The notes below the pieces were generated by a model, which searched no databases, was not told where the DNA came from, and saw only the letters and a list, made by a program, of their open reading frames with translations. From the NCBI GenBank assembly GCA_020137815.1, contig CM035359.1, positions 3,596,001 through 3,660,000 on the forward strand: 64,000 bases of DNA, written 5' to 3'. Position numbers and translations under genes: made by a program. This stretch comes from Hormiphora californensis. Taxonomy: Eukaryota > Animalia > Ctenophora. This document shows, in pieces, positions 47,111 to 58,765 of this stretch (the first letter of the stretch is position 1; each line of letters opens with the position of its first letter).

Positions 47111-50100
47111 AGGGAGGGAGGGAGGGAGGGAGGGAGGGAGGGAGGGAGGGAGGGAGGGAGGGAGAGGGAAGGAGAGGGAAAGAGGGAGAGAGGGAGAGAG
47201 GGAGGGATACAGAACCAGATCAGATAGAGACAGATGGAGAGAGGGAGGGAGGGAGGGAGGGAGAGGGAAGGAGAGGCCGGAAAGAGGGAGAGAGGGAGGG
47301 ATACAGAGATGCAGATGCACAAAGATCTGAGACAGACGGAGAGATTAAGATGGAGATCAGAGATTAAGATGGAGAGAGATTAAGATGGAGAGAGAGGGAG
47401 ATAGTCCGTCCATCTCTGTCTTTTTCTGTCTCACTCCGTCCCTATCTCACTCTCTCTCCATCTTACTCTCTATCTCCATCTTAAACTCTGTCCGTCTGTC
47501 TCAGGTCTTTAAGTTTATCCATCTGTCTCTGTCCCTGTATCCCTCCCTCCCCCTTTCCATCTCCTTCGCTCTCCTCCCTCGCTCTCCCTCTCCTTCTTAT
47601 TTTGCGTCTATATTACGTCTTTATCGATTTCGCACACATGCGGCTATACTGCGTCTATAATGCGTCTATACTGCTTCCTTTTATATGCAACAAAGATGCG
47701 TTTATAAAACGCCCAACTGCGCCTCAAATATCGCATTGTAGCCTGGAGTACGTCTATAGTGCTTCTTAAAAAAGCACGTTTTTTATAGACGCGGCGTCTA
47801 TAAAAAGTGATTTGCGTCTAGAATGCTTCTATCATGCGTCTATATGGGTCTATGTAGCGTTTATGGTGCTGCTATAGTCAGTCTATAATGCGTCTATAGT
47901 GCGTCTATAAGGTGATTTTGGGGTGGGTAGTGCGCCTATAATGCGGCTATACTGCGTCGCGTCTATAAAAATGCGTTTATATTGCTGTTATAATGCGTCT
48001 ATATTGCGTCTATAGTGCTGCTTACGAAATTGCGTCTATATTGCGTGTGTCTATAATGCGTCTATAATGCGTTTATAATGCGTTTATAATGCGTCTATAG
48101 TACGTGGGTACTGCGTCTAAAGTGCGATGCCCGCAAATGCAAAATTGCCGTTTTTAGGTGGAATCCATTTCGTTAACTTGTTGCTGGAAGGGAGAATTAT
48201 TGTTATTATTAGGTGGGATCCATTTCGTTAACTTGTTGCTGGAAGGGAGAATTATCGTTATTATTAGGTGGGATCCATTTCGTTAACTTGTTGCTGGAAG
48301 GGAGAATTATTGTTATTATTAGGTGGGATCCATTTCGTTAACTTGTTGCTGGAAGGGAGAATTATTGTTATTGTTATAGGTGGGATCCATTTCGTTAACT
48401 TGTTGCTGGAAGGGAGAATTATCGTTATTAGTATGTGGGATCCATTTCGTTAACTTGTTGCTGGAAGGGAGAATTATTGTTATTGTTAGGTGGGATCCAT
48501 TTCGTTAACTTGTTGCTGGAAGGGAGAATTATTGTTATTGTTAGGTGGGATCCATTTCGTTAACTTGTTGCTGGAAGGGAGAATTATTGTTATTATTAGG
48601 TGGGATCCATTTCGTTAACTTGTTGCTGGAAGGGAGAATTATTGTTATTATTAGGTGGGATCCATTTCGTTAACTTGTTGCTGGAAGGGAGAATTATTGT
48701 TATTAGTATGTGGGATCCATTTCGTTAACTTGTTGCTGGAAGGGAGAATTATCGTTATTATTAGGTGGGATCCATTTCGTTAACTTGTTGCTGGAAGGGA
48801 GAATTATCGTTATTATTAGGTGGGATCCATTTCGTTAACTTGTTGCTGGAAGGGAGAATTATCGTTATTATTAGGTGGGATCCATTTCGTTAACTTGTTG
48901 CTGGAAGGGAGAATTATTGTTATTATTAGGTGGGATCCATTTCGTTAACTTGTTGCTGGAAGGGAGAATTATTGTTATTGTTAGGTGGGATCCATTTCGT
49001 TAACTTGTTGCTGGAAGGGAGAATTATCGTTATTAGTATGTGGGATCCATTTCGTTAACTTGTTGCTGGAAGGGAGAATTATTGTTATTGTTAGGTGGGA
49101 TCCATTTCGTTAACTTGTTGCTGGAAGGGAGAATTATTGTTATTGTTAGGTGGGATCCATTTCGTTAACTTGTTGCTGGAAGGGAGAATTATTGTTATTA
49201 TTAGGTGGGATCCATTTCGTTAACTTGTTGCTGGAAGGGAGAATTATTGTTATTATTAGGTGGGATCCATTTCGTTAACTTGTTGCTGGAAGGGAGAATT
49301 ATCGTTATTATTAGGTGGGATCCATTTCGTTAACTTGTTGCTGGAAGGGAGAATTATTGTTATTATTAGGTGGGATCCATTTCGTTAACTTGTTGCTGGA
49401 AGGGAGAATTATCGTTATTATTAGGTGGGATCCATTTCGTTGTTGGGAGAATTGTTATAATGATGACTGACCACGTTCTTTCTAAGATTAGTTACTAAAT
49501 CAATGTGAGGAATAGACCCTGTAAATCACCTGCTGGAAGAGGACGTTTCGACACATTGTACATCATTGTCCGTGGATGATGTGCAGTTGTACTCATCCTC
49601 ATAGTTGTAGACAGAGAACGTCACATCATTGTAAGTTATTGTGGTAGTGGTGGGACAGTTAGCCTCGTCATTGCACTGTTTCGACTTGGAGATGACCGTC
49701 TTGGTGGTGTCCTGGCAGGTGAACGTCTCTCCACTACTCACAGTACTGTCACTGTCACAGTCATCCTCATCAGAACAATCCGCACAGAAACACTGAAATA
49801 AGAAGATAGATAGGGGGATTCTATACTCTACCCCCCCCCCCCTCAAAAAGATAGTGAGCCTCAAACAATTCACCTAACCTGAGTTTCTCCTTTACGCTAT
49901 TTAACCCCTTGAGAGAGCTGATATTTATGGGTGATTGTATACTAACAAGATCATCGCAGTAATTGTCGGACCATACTGCTACAATGTTGCCATGCTTATC
50001 CTCACACACCTTGGACCCCAGTACCAGCCTCGATTTTTCCTAAAAAATATTGGGACATGGTTAACCACCGTTCTTTGTATAAAGATATTGGGATATATGG

Positions 50101-53100
50101 TAACCTCTAGTTGTTGTTATGGAATGTATCAATTACCTCGGTCACGGTCACGAAGGAGCACCCGCAAGTTTGGTAGTGTTTGGGGTCATAAGAGCAAACA
50201 AGGTTGAACAGGCAGAGACCGCCACTCCGTGCCGACACTTGGTATGCCTCCGGAGTCAGGGGACATTGATAGACCCCGTCCTGGTATGAGAACTGGGCAC
50301 ATGTTGTGTTGTCCGAGAGGGTCTCCATAGTGTTGAGTGTTGTTAGCGAACTGACAAACTCTGAAACAAGGGTGTTGAGTGTTGTTAGCGAACTGACAAA
50401 CTCTGAAACAAGGGTGTTGAGTGTTGTTAGCGAACTGAAAAACTCTGAAACAAGGGTGTTGAGTGTTGTTAGCGAACTGACAAACTCTGAAACAAGGGTG
50501 TTGAGTGTTGTTAGCGAACTGACAAACTCTGAAACAAGGGTGTTGAGTGTTGTTAGCGAACTGACAAACTCTGAAACAATTTCATAATTTGTTGGTACCT
50601 TTCATTACCCATCTATCACTACACTATTCCACTGATTAATGAAGTGGTTCAACATGTTACAATTAATCTTACTTTCGGAAGGGACCTGTTCAATGGAAAC
50701 CTCAACATCATGAACAAAGGGATCTTGACCCAGTAGAGTGATAGTGGCAGTACAAGTAAGGTTAGCAGTGGCAACTTCCCCATCCGTGATGTCTGTTTGC
50801 CACGTTCCCAGGAGATAGGACGAGTTACTTCCAACTGAAATCAGACTCAATGAAGATTTAGAAAGATGTATTTCTTGCATGTTCCAACTGAAAACAGACT
50901 CAATGAAGATTTAGAAAGATGTATTTCTTGCATATTACCTATGTCAGAGCATGAGGGTATTGAACAGAACTCGAACTCTTCATCAGGGTTGGTAGAGTAG
51001 CACCATGCTCTAGTCTTATTGAGCTCCGACCCATTAACATTTCTACAGTAGTTGTGCTGCAGAGTGGGGTACAATGCGAGGGTTGCGGTATCTAGGATAT
51101 CAGACCAGTCTCTACACTCCCATCCAGACTCCGTGACAGCGTAACTTCCAATGTATGTTGCATAAGAATCCTCCTCGTCCCCGCACACTGTTTGAACGAA
51201 GTGTTCTTTAGTAAGAGAGTAATCTTGAAATATAGTATAGTGGTCCTAGGTAAAGTTACAGATTGCTTACGATAGGTAAAGTCGTTGCAGACTTCTGTGA
51301 GATTACACTTTTCATAGGATGACGTGTTGGTAATATCTGTGTAACAGATTGGGTCTAGGTTTATCCAACTATCCCCAGGCTCCACAACTCTCCGACAATA
51401 ACTCTCGCACTGGGTCCCGTCTTCGCTTTTGTTGATATTTCCACGATAAAAGTTCGCAGCATAGTATCGACAGTTTTCTAGGGATTAGGAAAAGGTGTCT
51501 TGACTCAAATACTTTACATTAGCACTTTGCTATTTTCACTGGGCTCTTACCGGCAATATCGAGGTTACAGGATGGGAGATCACAATACCCCCATCTTACA
51601 GCTTTGTCTTCGGAGTAACACCACGCTATGGAGCTTCCACTTGGGTCCCTACAGTAGTTTGAGTCCAAGCCCTCATTCGGGTAGCTAGAATGGTAGAAAT
51701 GTTGAAATGGAGGAGTTTGATTGATCACTGAATTACAACAATATAATGCAACTGTTTGATTGATCACTAAGGGGGGGATGGACGAATAAGCTTACTTCTC
51801 TGGGGTATAGTCATGCTCTTGAGGTGATTGGGAGGACCATGGCTGGCAAGCGATCCCCGAAACAGTGTGGTTCTTGTAACCCCGATAAGAGGTCTGAGAC
51901 CCACTCCAACATGCTGAACAAGTTAGGTTAATTGAACAATGGTTAATTAACTAAACAAGTTGTTTAATTGATCAAACAAGTTAGGTTAATTAATCAAGTT
52001 AGGTTAATTAATCAAGCTAGGTTAATTGATCAAACAAGTTAGGTTAATTGATCGAACAAGTTAGGTTAATGACAGCTCAACGATCTCGTTTCATACGAGC
52101 GATCTTGGGATTTCCCAGCGAACATGGTATATCCAGCGACTAAACCGAAACGAATCATAATATGTAACCACAGTTCACATTTAATCTCTATTATTTGCCT
52201 CCACCCGCCCCTCCACCCACCCCACCCCCACCCCACCCACCTCCCCCGCCTCACTCGTCCCAAAGTAGAGGACTTTCTGAAACAGGTTACTATAGAGACA
52301 ATCCTTGTGTTCTAATTCGCTAAGTCGCTTATCGCGTGTAAGTGTGTAACAACTCACAAATGTGATACATACTGAGGCCATCAAGATGCAGAGAGAGCAC
52401 TAACTCTCAAAAAATAAAGTAAGGTCGATTCTGAGAAATAAATAGAAAAGAATATCCCTGCCTTGCGACTTTCGTCCCGCCACGTAAATTACAATGTAGA
52501 CCTACCAGATGCCAGACCAATTCAAGATAATAGAGAAAGCCCAAAAACCTAATTATATGGCATATAATATATGCGAGTGTGACATTCTAAAAACTGAGGG
52601 AATGAGACTTATACCTAAGTGGCAAAACCTCGTACAATAATCTGGTAAAGCGATAACAAACCACACCACGGTACCTATCAAGCTAATCGAGATCGACAGC
52701 CCATATAAACAATAAACTCAAGAACCAAGATTAAGATAAGAGGGCGATATCCCTGCCTGTCGCAGGGGGATAGAGCCACGGAGTCAAGAACCACATGTAA
52801 GAAGAAATAATAGCCTGCGACTCCCGCAGGAGTTTACTCTCCCGAACCCGACACCTATAATGTGAACCTGCCTGTGGTAGTTCCTGATGGTGGGAGGGGA
52901 GGGGGGCTATTCTCCTAGTGCCGGCGATATCGCTTTGCGATAGTCCCCTGTGGGCTTGCCGTTGGCAAGCCCAGGCACTCCGTAGATAGAGATAGATAAG
53001 TTAGGTTAATTGATCAAGTTAGGTTAATTGATCGAACAAGTTAGGTTAATTAATCAAGTTAGGTTAATTAAACATTGAACAAGTTAGGTTAATTAATCAA

Positions 53101-54507
53101 GTTAGGTTTATTGATCAAGTTAGGTTAATTAATTAATTAATTATATCAGAAGGCCGAGGGAATTTAACTCACTGCATGGTGTTGAGGGGAAACACTTTTC
53201 CTTTAGAAGTGTGATATTGTTGATATAACACCAGGGTACTTCCAGTGCAAAGTCTAGGTTTCTACAGTAATTGTGATCACCAACTCCGTAAATACGCTCT
53301 CTGGAGTGGAAAATCAGATAACTTCGACAACCCGGTTTATAAAGGAACACTATAAGATGCCTCTATCTGATGGGTTGTCTAGTTACTAGTTTGATGGAGC
53401 TAATTAACTAACTAGAGGCCTCTATTTGATGGAGCTAATTAACTAACTAGAGGCCTCTATTTGATGGAGCTAATTAACTAACTAGAGGCCTCTATTTGAT
53501 GGAGCTAATTAACTAACTAGAGGCCTCTATTTGATGGAGCTAATTAACTAACTAGAGGCCTCTATTTGATGGAGCTAATTAACTAACTAGAGGGCTCTAT
53601 TTGATGGAGCTAATTAACTAACTAGAGGCCTCTATTTGATGGAGCTAATTAACTAACTAGAGGCCTCTATTTGATGGAGCTAATTAACTAACTAGAGGCC
53701 TCTATTTGATGGAGCTAATTAACTAACTAGAGGCCTTTATTTGATGGAGCTAATTAACTAACTACAGGCCTCTATTTGATGGAGCTAGTTAGCGGGGGGG
53801 GGGGGGGGGTCGACTAACAACTAACTCGTGACTGGTGTAGTTGACCCAGTTTTGACAGGAGTTTCCACTAATGGTTGTGTTCCTTGTACCACTATAAAAC
53901 TGGCCCCATCCAACGTCAGAACACTCCTTTTCTGGAGAGGATGTATATAGCAGGTCTTATTACTAGTATGGTGTAGTATAACAGGTAGATATTGGTTTTA
54001 TTACTACCAGTACTCTCTGATTCACATGTTTTAAAGAGGGGAGGTACCTGAAATTGTACTTGTTCCGTTTGACCAGGTGAGTACCAGGTGCTCTATCTCT
54101 TTGCTATAATAAGCGTCGAATGTGTCGTGATAAATAGTGCAGTTTAATGTACTGGTCTGACCCTCTATAGTGATGAAACTATCGCCTGGCTGAACGGTCA
54201 GATTGCTTTTCACCTGATCCATAACCGTGCCTACAGGGGATGGGAAGTTAGAAGTATTGTTAATGTCTGGTTCACTCAAACTTGGTTTGCCGACCCCACA
54301 TTTTAACTCACACTTCACACACATTTCAACTTACCATAAACCTCCACTTCACACATCGTGGTCCTGTTTCCCTTGAGCATCAGGGCACTGCCAGTGATCC
54401 CTCCACAGGGTATTTCGATAACTTGTTTTGTCGCATCACTATCAGATACTGTCCCACACAACATCTTGTCCTGTCCATTCATAACATAGACCTTGGATAA
54501 GACGATA
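46399..54507 (-). CDS. Multi-exon ectodomain: F-type-lectin/discoidin-like, Ig-like (split), four kringles, Cys-rich GPCR N-module, LDLa; probably the 5' part of the GPCR at 35237-37629
   Basis: All junction phases are consistent. Exons: 54335-54507 (..MCEVEVY), 54048-54230 (TLNCTI..LTWSN), 53826-53931 + 53173-53300 (kringle, HNYCRN..PWCY), 51796-51913 + 51551-51684 (kringle, NYCRDP..AWCY), 51271-51477 (reduced kringle), 50939-51187 (kringle), 50673-50834 (NLTCTAT), 50137-50360 or 50570 (VCSYDPKHYQTCG), 49947-50009, 49530-49792 (CSDEDDC, QCNDEANC..EDEYNC), 46399-46473. Confidence 0.88.
46509..48149. mobile_element. Foldback/Mutator-like element with ~560-bp modular TIRs
   Basis: 9-bp TSD gtttttagg (46500-08, 48150-58), GGC..GCC ends, arms built of tatagacgca repeats, and a purine/pyrimidine microsatellite core. 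Confidence 0.92.
48155..49455. repeat. 55-bp intronic minisatellite, about 23-24 copies
   Basis: Unit aggtgggatccatttcgttaacttgttgctggaagggagaattattgttattatt. Confidence 0.95.
50330..50579 (-). repeat. 42-bp x6 in-frame repeat; each unit contains a 3' splice site
   Basis: tgtttcAG acceptors at 50361, 50403, 50445, 50487, 50529 and 50571. The unit encodes FVSSLTTLNTLVSE. Confidence 0.9.
52070..52997. mobile_element. ~930-bp insertion splitting an (aagttaggttaattgatc)n array
   Basis: The same satellite lies on both sides (51919-52069, 52998-53140). A terminal hairpin gggcttgccgttggcaagccc precedes an agatag tail. Class unassigned. Confidence 0.55.
53389..53790. repeat. 35-bp minisatellite, about 11 copies, inside a kringle intron
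   Basis: Unit tttgatggagctaattaactaactagaggcctcta. Confidence 0.95.
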
Positions 54508-57299
54508 CTAGTTAAAACTGTAGTTCATAGCACAAACCAAAACTGTATTAGTAGTTCATGGCACAAACCATGAAGGTGCCACGCTGCCCGAGGAATCAGC
54601 TTGTGGCTGGGAAGGTACAAAATAAAGTTTATTGTACTAGGGGTCAGTTTTATGTACTTTTAATCCGCTACTTGTTGATGTATACGTAGCAGTAGGAATT
54701 TGGGGACCTCCCCCAGTGCAGTATGTAGGGCACACGAGTTAGGTTCCTCGTGTTCCTACATTGTTTCTCTCTCAGAGTGACTGAGAGTGAGTCGGATGAT
54801 AGGTATTTGATGATCTTATGATGGTTGAGAGTGAGTTAGGAGGATACAAATATTTAGGAATTCTTTAGGGGAGAATAGGCATTATTTATTTGTTACAATA
54901 GTTATGGAGAGATATTAGAAGAGGAGAATTTGGGTCAATGTTTGAGATGAGTAGGAATAGCTAGAAGCCGCGTACAGGGGATTGTGCGACGTGCCGAGAG
55001 GAGAAGCTGCCACGTAAGCCTAGGCTGTCGTGGATCGCGTGATCTGAGAAAGAGGTGACCTGAGAGCGAGGGAGGAGATGAGGGAGTTCTGTTTTGAGGG
55101 GATTAGAATATGTTGCTCGGGAGATGGTGGGGAAACCATCTCTCTTATATATTGGCTTTGCCCGAGTTTTGTGAGTCTCGTAGGGGGAGAAAGAGTTGTT
55201 TGAGGGAGTTGAGTTATTTGCAATATGTTGTATTATCTATTGTATATATGATTGTAGTTAGGGGCACATTAGTTACAACCTTTTAACCGACCCATTTCAA
55301 TTAGTACAACTCTACTCGGTGTTCCCCAATATTCTCGAGGGGTTCTCTATATTATCTCTTCTTGCCACATTGGCAATTCTCACTCTAGGGGAACACTAGG
55401 TACCGGATCGGGGGAACTCCTACTGCCTAGTTTAGGGTACAAAGTGTCTCCAGCCTCACTTCTAGCCATATTGGCAACTCTCTATAAGTGGGGACACTTA
55501 GTATCGGCGATAGGAGCTTCACGTTTGGTTGGATCGCGGCCAGTCACAAATCCTAAGGATACTGATCGGTGCAAGGTTAGGGGTCTTGTACGCTGCTAGA
55601 CCAGCAAGGTTTATTGGGCTGGAAACCCCAGTCCGTAGGTTGTCGAGCACGCTCAAGGGGAGGTCTAGTTACCCTTGTAGCGCCTAGCATTTTACAGTCC
55701 GTGCTGACGGCTCGGCTCACCCTACAAAAATGGTCCGACGAACTGTAGATTCAACTGTGTATAGGAAAAGGGGTCTCATTAGTGAAGTTCTGGCTGATTC
55801 GTGATTAGGGAGCAATGTGCAATTTTTTTCATATAAAATAGGAGGTCTTGTGAGGCTGTAGTTAGCGATTAGGGGAGCATTAGGGGCTTATCATCATCAA
55901 ATTAGGGATTAGGGAATTAATGTATCATCATGAGTCATGACATTATACAAGCTGGCTAGTATTATTTTAGAGTGCACGTTAGGGGACATTTATTGCTCGT
56001 GCATATAGGCTCGCGTGTAGGATTGGGTTTTATTTGGGACCTCGTCTCCCGTTATATTTTATTCGCTCCTAAAAGCGATTATTATACAGCTTTGGCATTT
56101 TAGGTTTAGTTTGTGCCTATTTTTTGATTTTATTTGGCTCAGATATTTAGGGGTTTATCAAAATTAAAATTCACTCGCACGAATATTGATAACGCGATTC
56201 GGAGGATTCTCTGGGGACAACGGATCAATGGGGTAATGTATGCGCTCTTCGTGGAAATATAAGTACTTCACATACATCTTAGGATGAGAGAATGCATGTG
56301 AAGGGTCGAACTTTTATGCGAGAAGAAATTCGGGGATTAAAAATGAAACCTAGGCAGCTCGTGAAATAATTATTTTTGGGGGGAACAGAGCAGCAAAACT
56401 TTCCTAGTCTGTTTATATATTATTTTAGGTCGTGTGTGTAAAACAGGGGTCACATTTGCTTGATAGATAGGAAAGCTTTGCATGGTCTCATTATTTATGT
56501 AATTTTCTAGATGTTTCAAAATGTTTGTCTGCATTTACCGATGATACCAATGCCATCGTGAGTTAACGCTCCAGGCGGTACACCTGCCCATGCAGCTGTT
56601 TGCCAGCCAGTGCAGCCGTTTGTCTAGCAGTTTTGTGGGTATGTGTTGACTAGAAGTTCGTTGTCCGTGGGGGGTGGGGGGCACACGAACAAGACTGCTC
56701 TGTACGCGCACTGACTGGCGAGGTAGGAAGTTTGCTGTGCTACGTGAGTTGGGGAATTTGCTGAGTTGAGGAGGAATTTTTACAAAATAATAAATAGCCA
56801 GAAAAATTCCAATATTTTTGTGGTGGGTGATTGTTTCCAACACCAAAATGTGTCGCGCCAGATCTGCATGTTAACCGAAGATAATGGAACATGCTGATCA
56901 ATTTAATATTTTGATTTGTGGTAGATACATGGCGCCCGATTTAAATATGTTTTCAATAATTAGTATGGATAGCACTGAGGCCTGTAGTGGTTTAGTGGGG
57001 GGATTAGGGGATGCTACTATCACACATTATCACACCGCTCACACACCACACACAAGCTTTGGGGGGTCGGGGGTCGCACATTCCCAACACCTGGGCGATA
57101 CTTCGTTGAAATGTCGACTAAATCGGCGTTGTGATTGTGTGGGTGAAGGGATTGTGTGATGCTCAGATGCCCGAAAGGACATGTAAGTATTTCAGACTTA
57201 GTGTGTTAAGTAATTTGGTCGAATAAAGGGGGAGGGGACTGACTAGAACTGACCAAAACTTATTTACTTTGTATTGCGAGACAGGGGTAGGGGACAATA

Positions 57300-57600
57300 G
57301 AATACATTTATTGAAAGACGGGAGAGACAGGAGACAGCTGAATACATTTATTGAAAGACGGGAGAGACAGGAGACAGCTGAATACATTTATTGAAAGACG
57401 GGAGAGACAGGAGACAGCTGAATACATTTATTGAGAGACGGGAGAGACAGGAGACAGCTGAATACATTTATTGAGAGACAGGAGACAGCTGAATACATTT
57501 ATTGAGAGACGGGAGAGACAGGAGACAGCTGAATACATTTATTGAGAGACAGGAGACAGCTGAATACATTTATTGAGAGACGGGGGACAGGTGAATAAAT
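57300..57600. repeat. ~40-bp minisatellite
   Basis: Unit gaatacatttattgaaagacgggagagacaggagacagct. Confidence 0.9.
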
Positions 57601-58577
57601 AAACTGACTTTGTACTGACAATTGTATTTTGGGCGGATTTTTGAAAATGAACGTAATTGCACACACATGTTAGAATTAGAGAGGTATAGAAAATTAGAAT
57701 TAGAGAGGTATAGAAAATTGGGGTTTATGAGGGTGCTGTTATTTAGGATCATAGATGCAGAGAAGAATTGGTCACTGCAATAGTTTCCATATTACTAGAA
57801 TAGCTGCTGTCGTGATTTATTTAAAATATAGGGGGGAACTATATGTGTCCGGAAATCACCGGCCACATGAATTGAAAATTCTAGACCACTGCTATTTAGC
57901 TGCTGAAAAATAAGGTAGCCTGATTAGAAACTCAGTCCAATTAGGGGCACAAAAAGGGAAGAAAAAAAATAGACAAGAGTTTAGAATTTTTTGTCTGATA
58001 AGGGGTATATTAGAGTAGAATAGGAAAATTTTCTTCAGATTTAGGAGAAAGAATTTTGTATTTTTTGAACCACTGATAGGAGTAGGGGAAATTCCAACAA
58101 TTATAGTTTACTCTTAGCTGGTTTAATTTGCTTCTAAGAAGAGGGTTCGACTATGTAGGGGTAAATTTAGCATTTTTAGTAGGGGGGCTAATAAGTTAGC
58201 TAAAATCTATTTGTACTCGGAAAACATCTTGCATCTAGTTCAGAGATTAAAATTCGTTTGTTAGTGCTTTTATTCTCAAAATTGGCCTGGTGGGGAGGAT
58301 TGTGGCAATATGAAAGTTGAGTAGCATTTTTTGGGGCTAAGGTATTTTAAAAATTGGCCTGGTGGGGAGGCAATATTAAAGTTGAGTAGTGAACTTTTTG
58401 GGGGGATAAGGAAATTGTGAAATGAGTAGCAGAGTGTTCTCGAGAGAGCTAGAGGAGAACGAATATTCTGAGCCGAAATTGTGAGATGAGTACAAGCACA
58501 GAGTGGATACGAGAGGGGGTATGCACTCAATAGGACCCCAAGAGAAGCAAGAGAAGCAAGAGAAGTCCAGGGAGAAC

Positions 58578-58765
58578 GCGTCTGATGTGCCTTACAACCA
58601 CACCAGACGGTTTTTGCTACATTACTATCGGCAGCCACGCATTTATAAGGGGATAGAGCGTCTGATGTGCCTTACAACCACATCAGACAACTTAGTTGTC
58701 TTATCATCAGCTATGTATTTATAGGGGGATAGAGCGTCTGATGTGCCTTACAACCACATCAGACA
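58578..58765. repeat. Three spaced copies of a 10-bp-stem hairpin
   Basis: gtctgatgtg-ccttacaac-cacatcagac at ~58580 (first copy has a 1-nt deletion), 58659 and 58736. Confidence 0.9.

Noticed and set aside
58578-58765. Hammerhead or CRISPR reading of the hairpin triplet
   Set aside because: CTGATG is not followed by A and there is no GAAA box. There are only three units, with related spacers.
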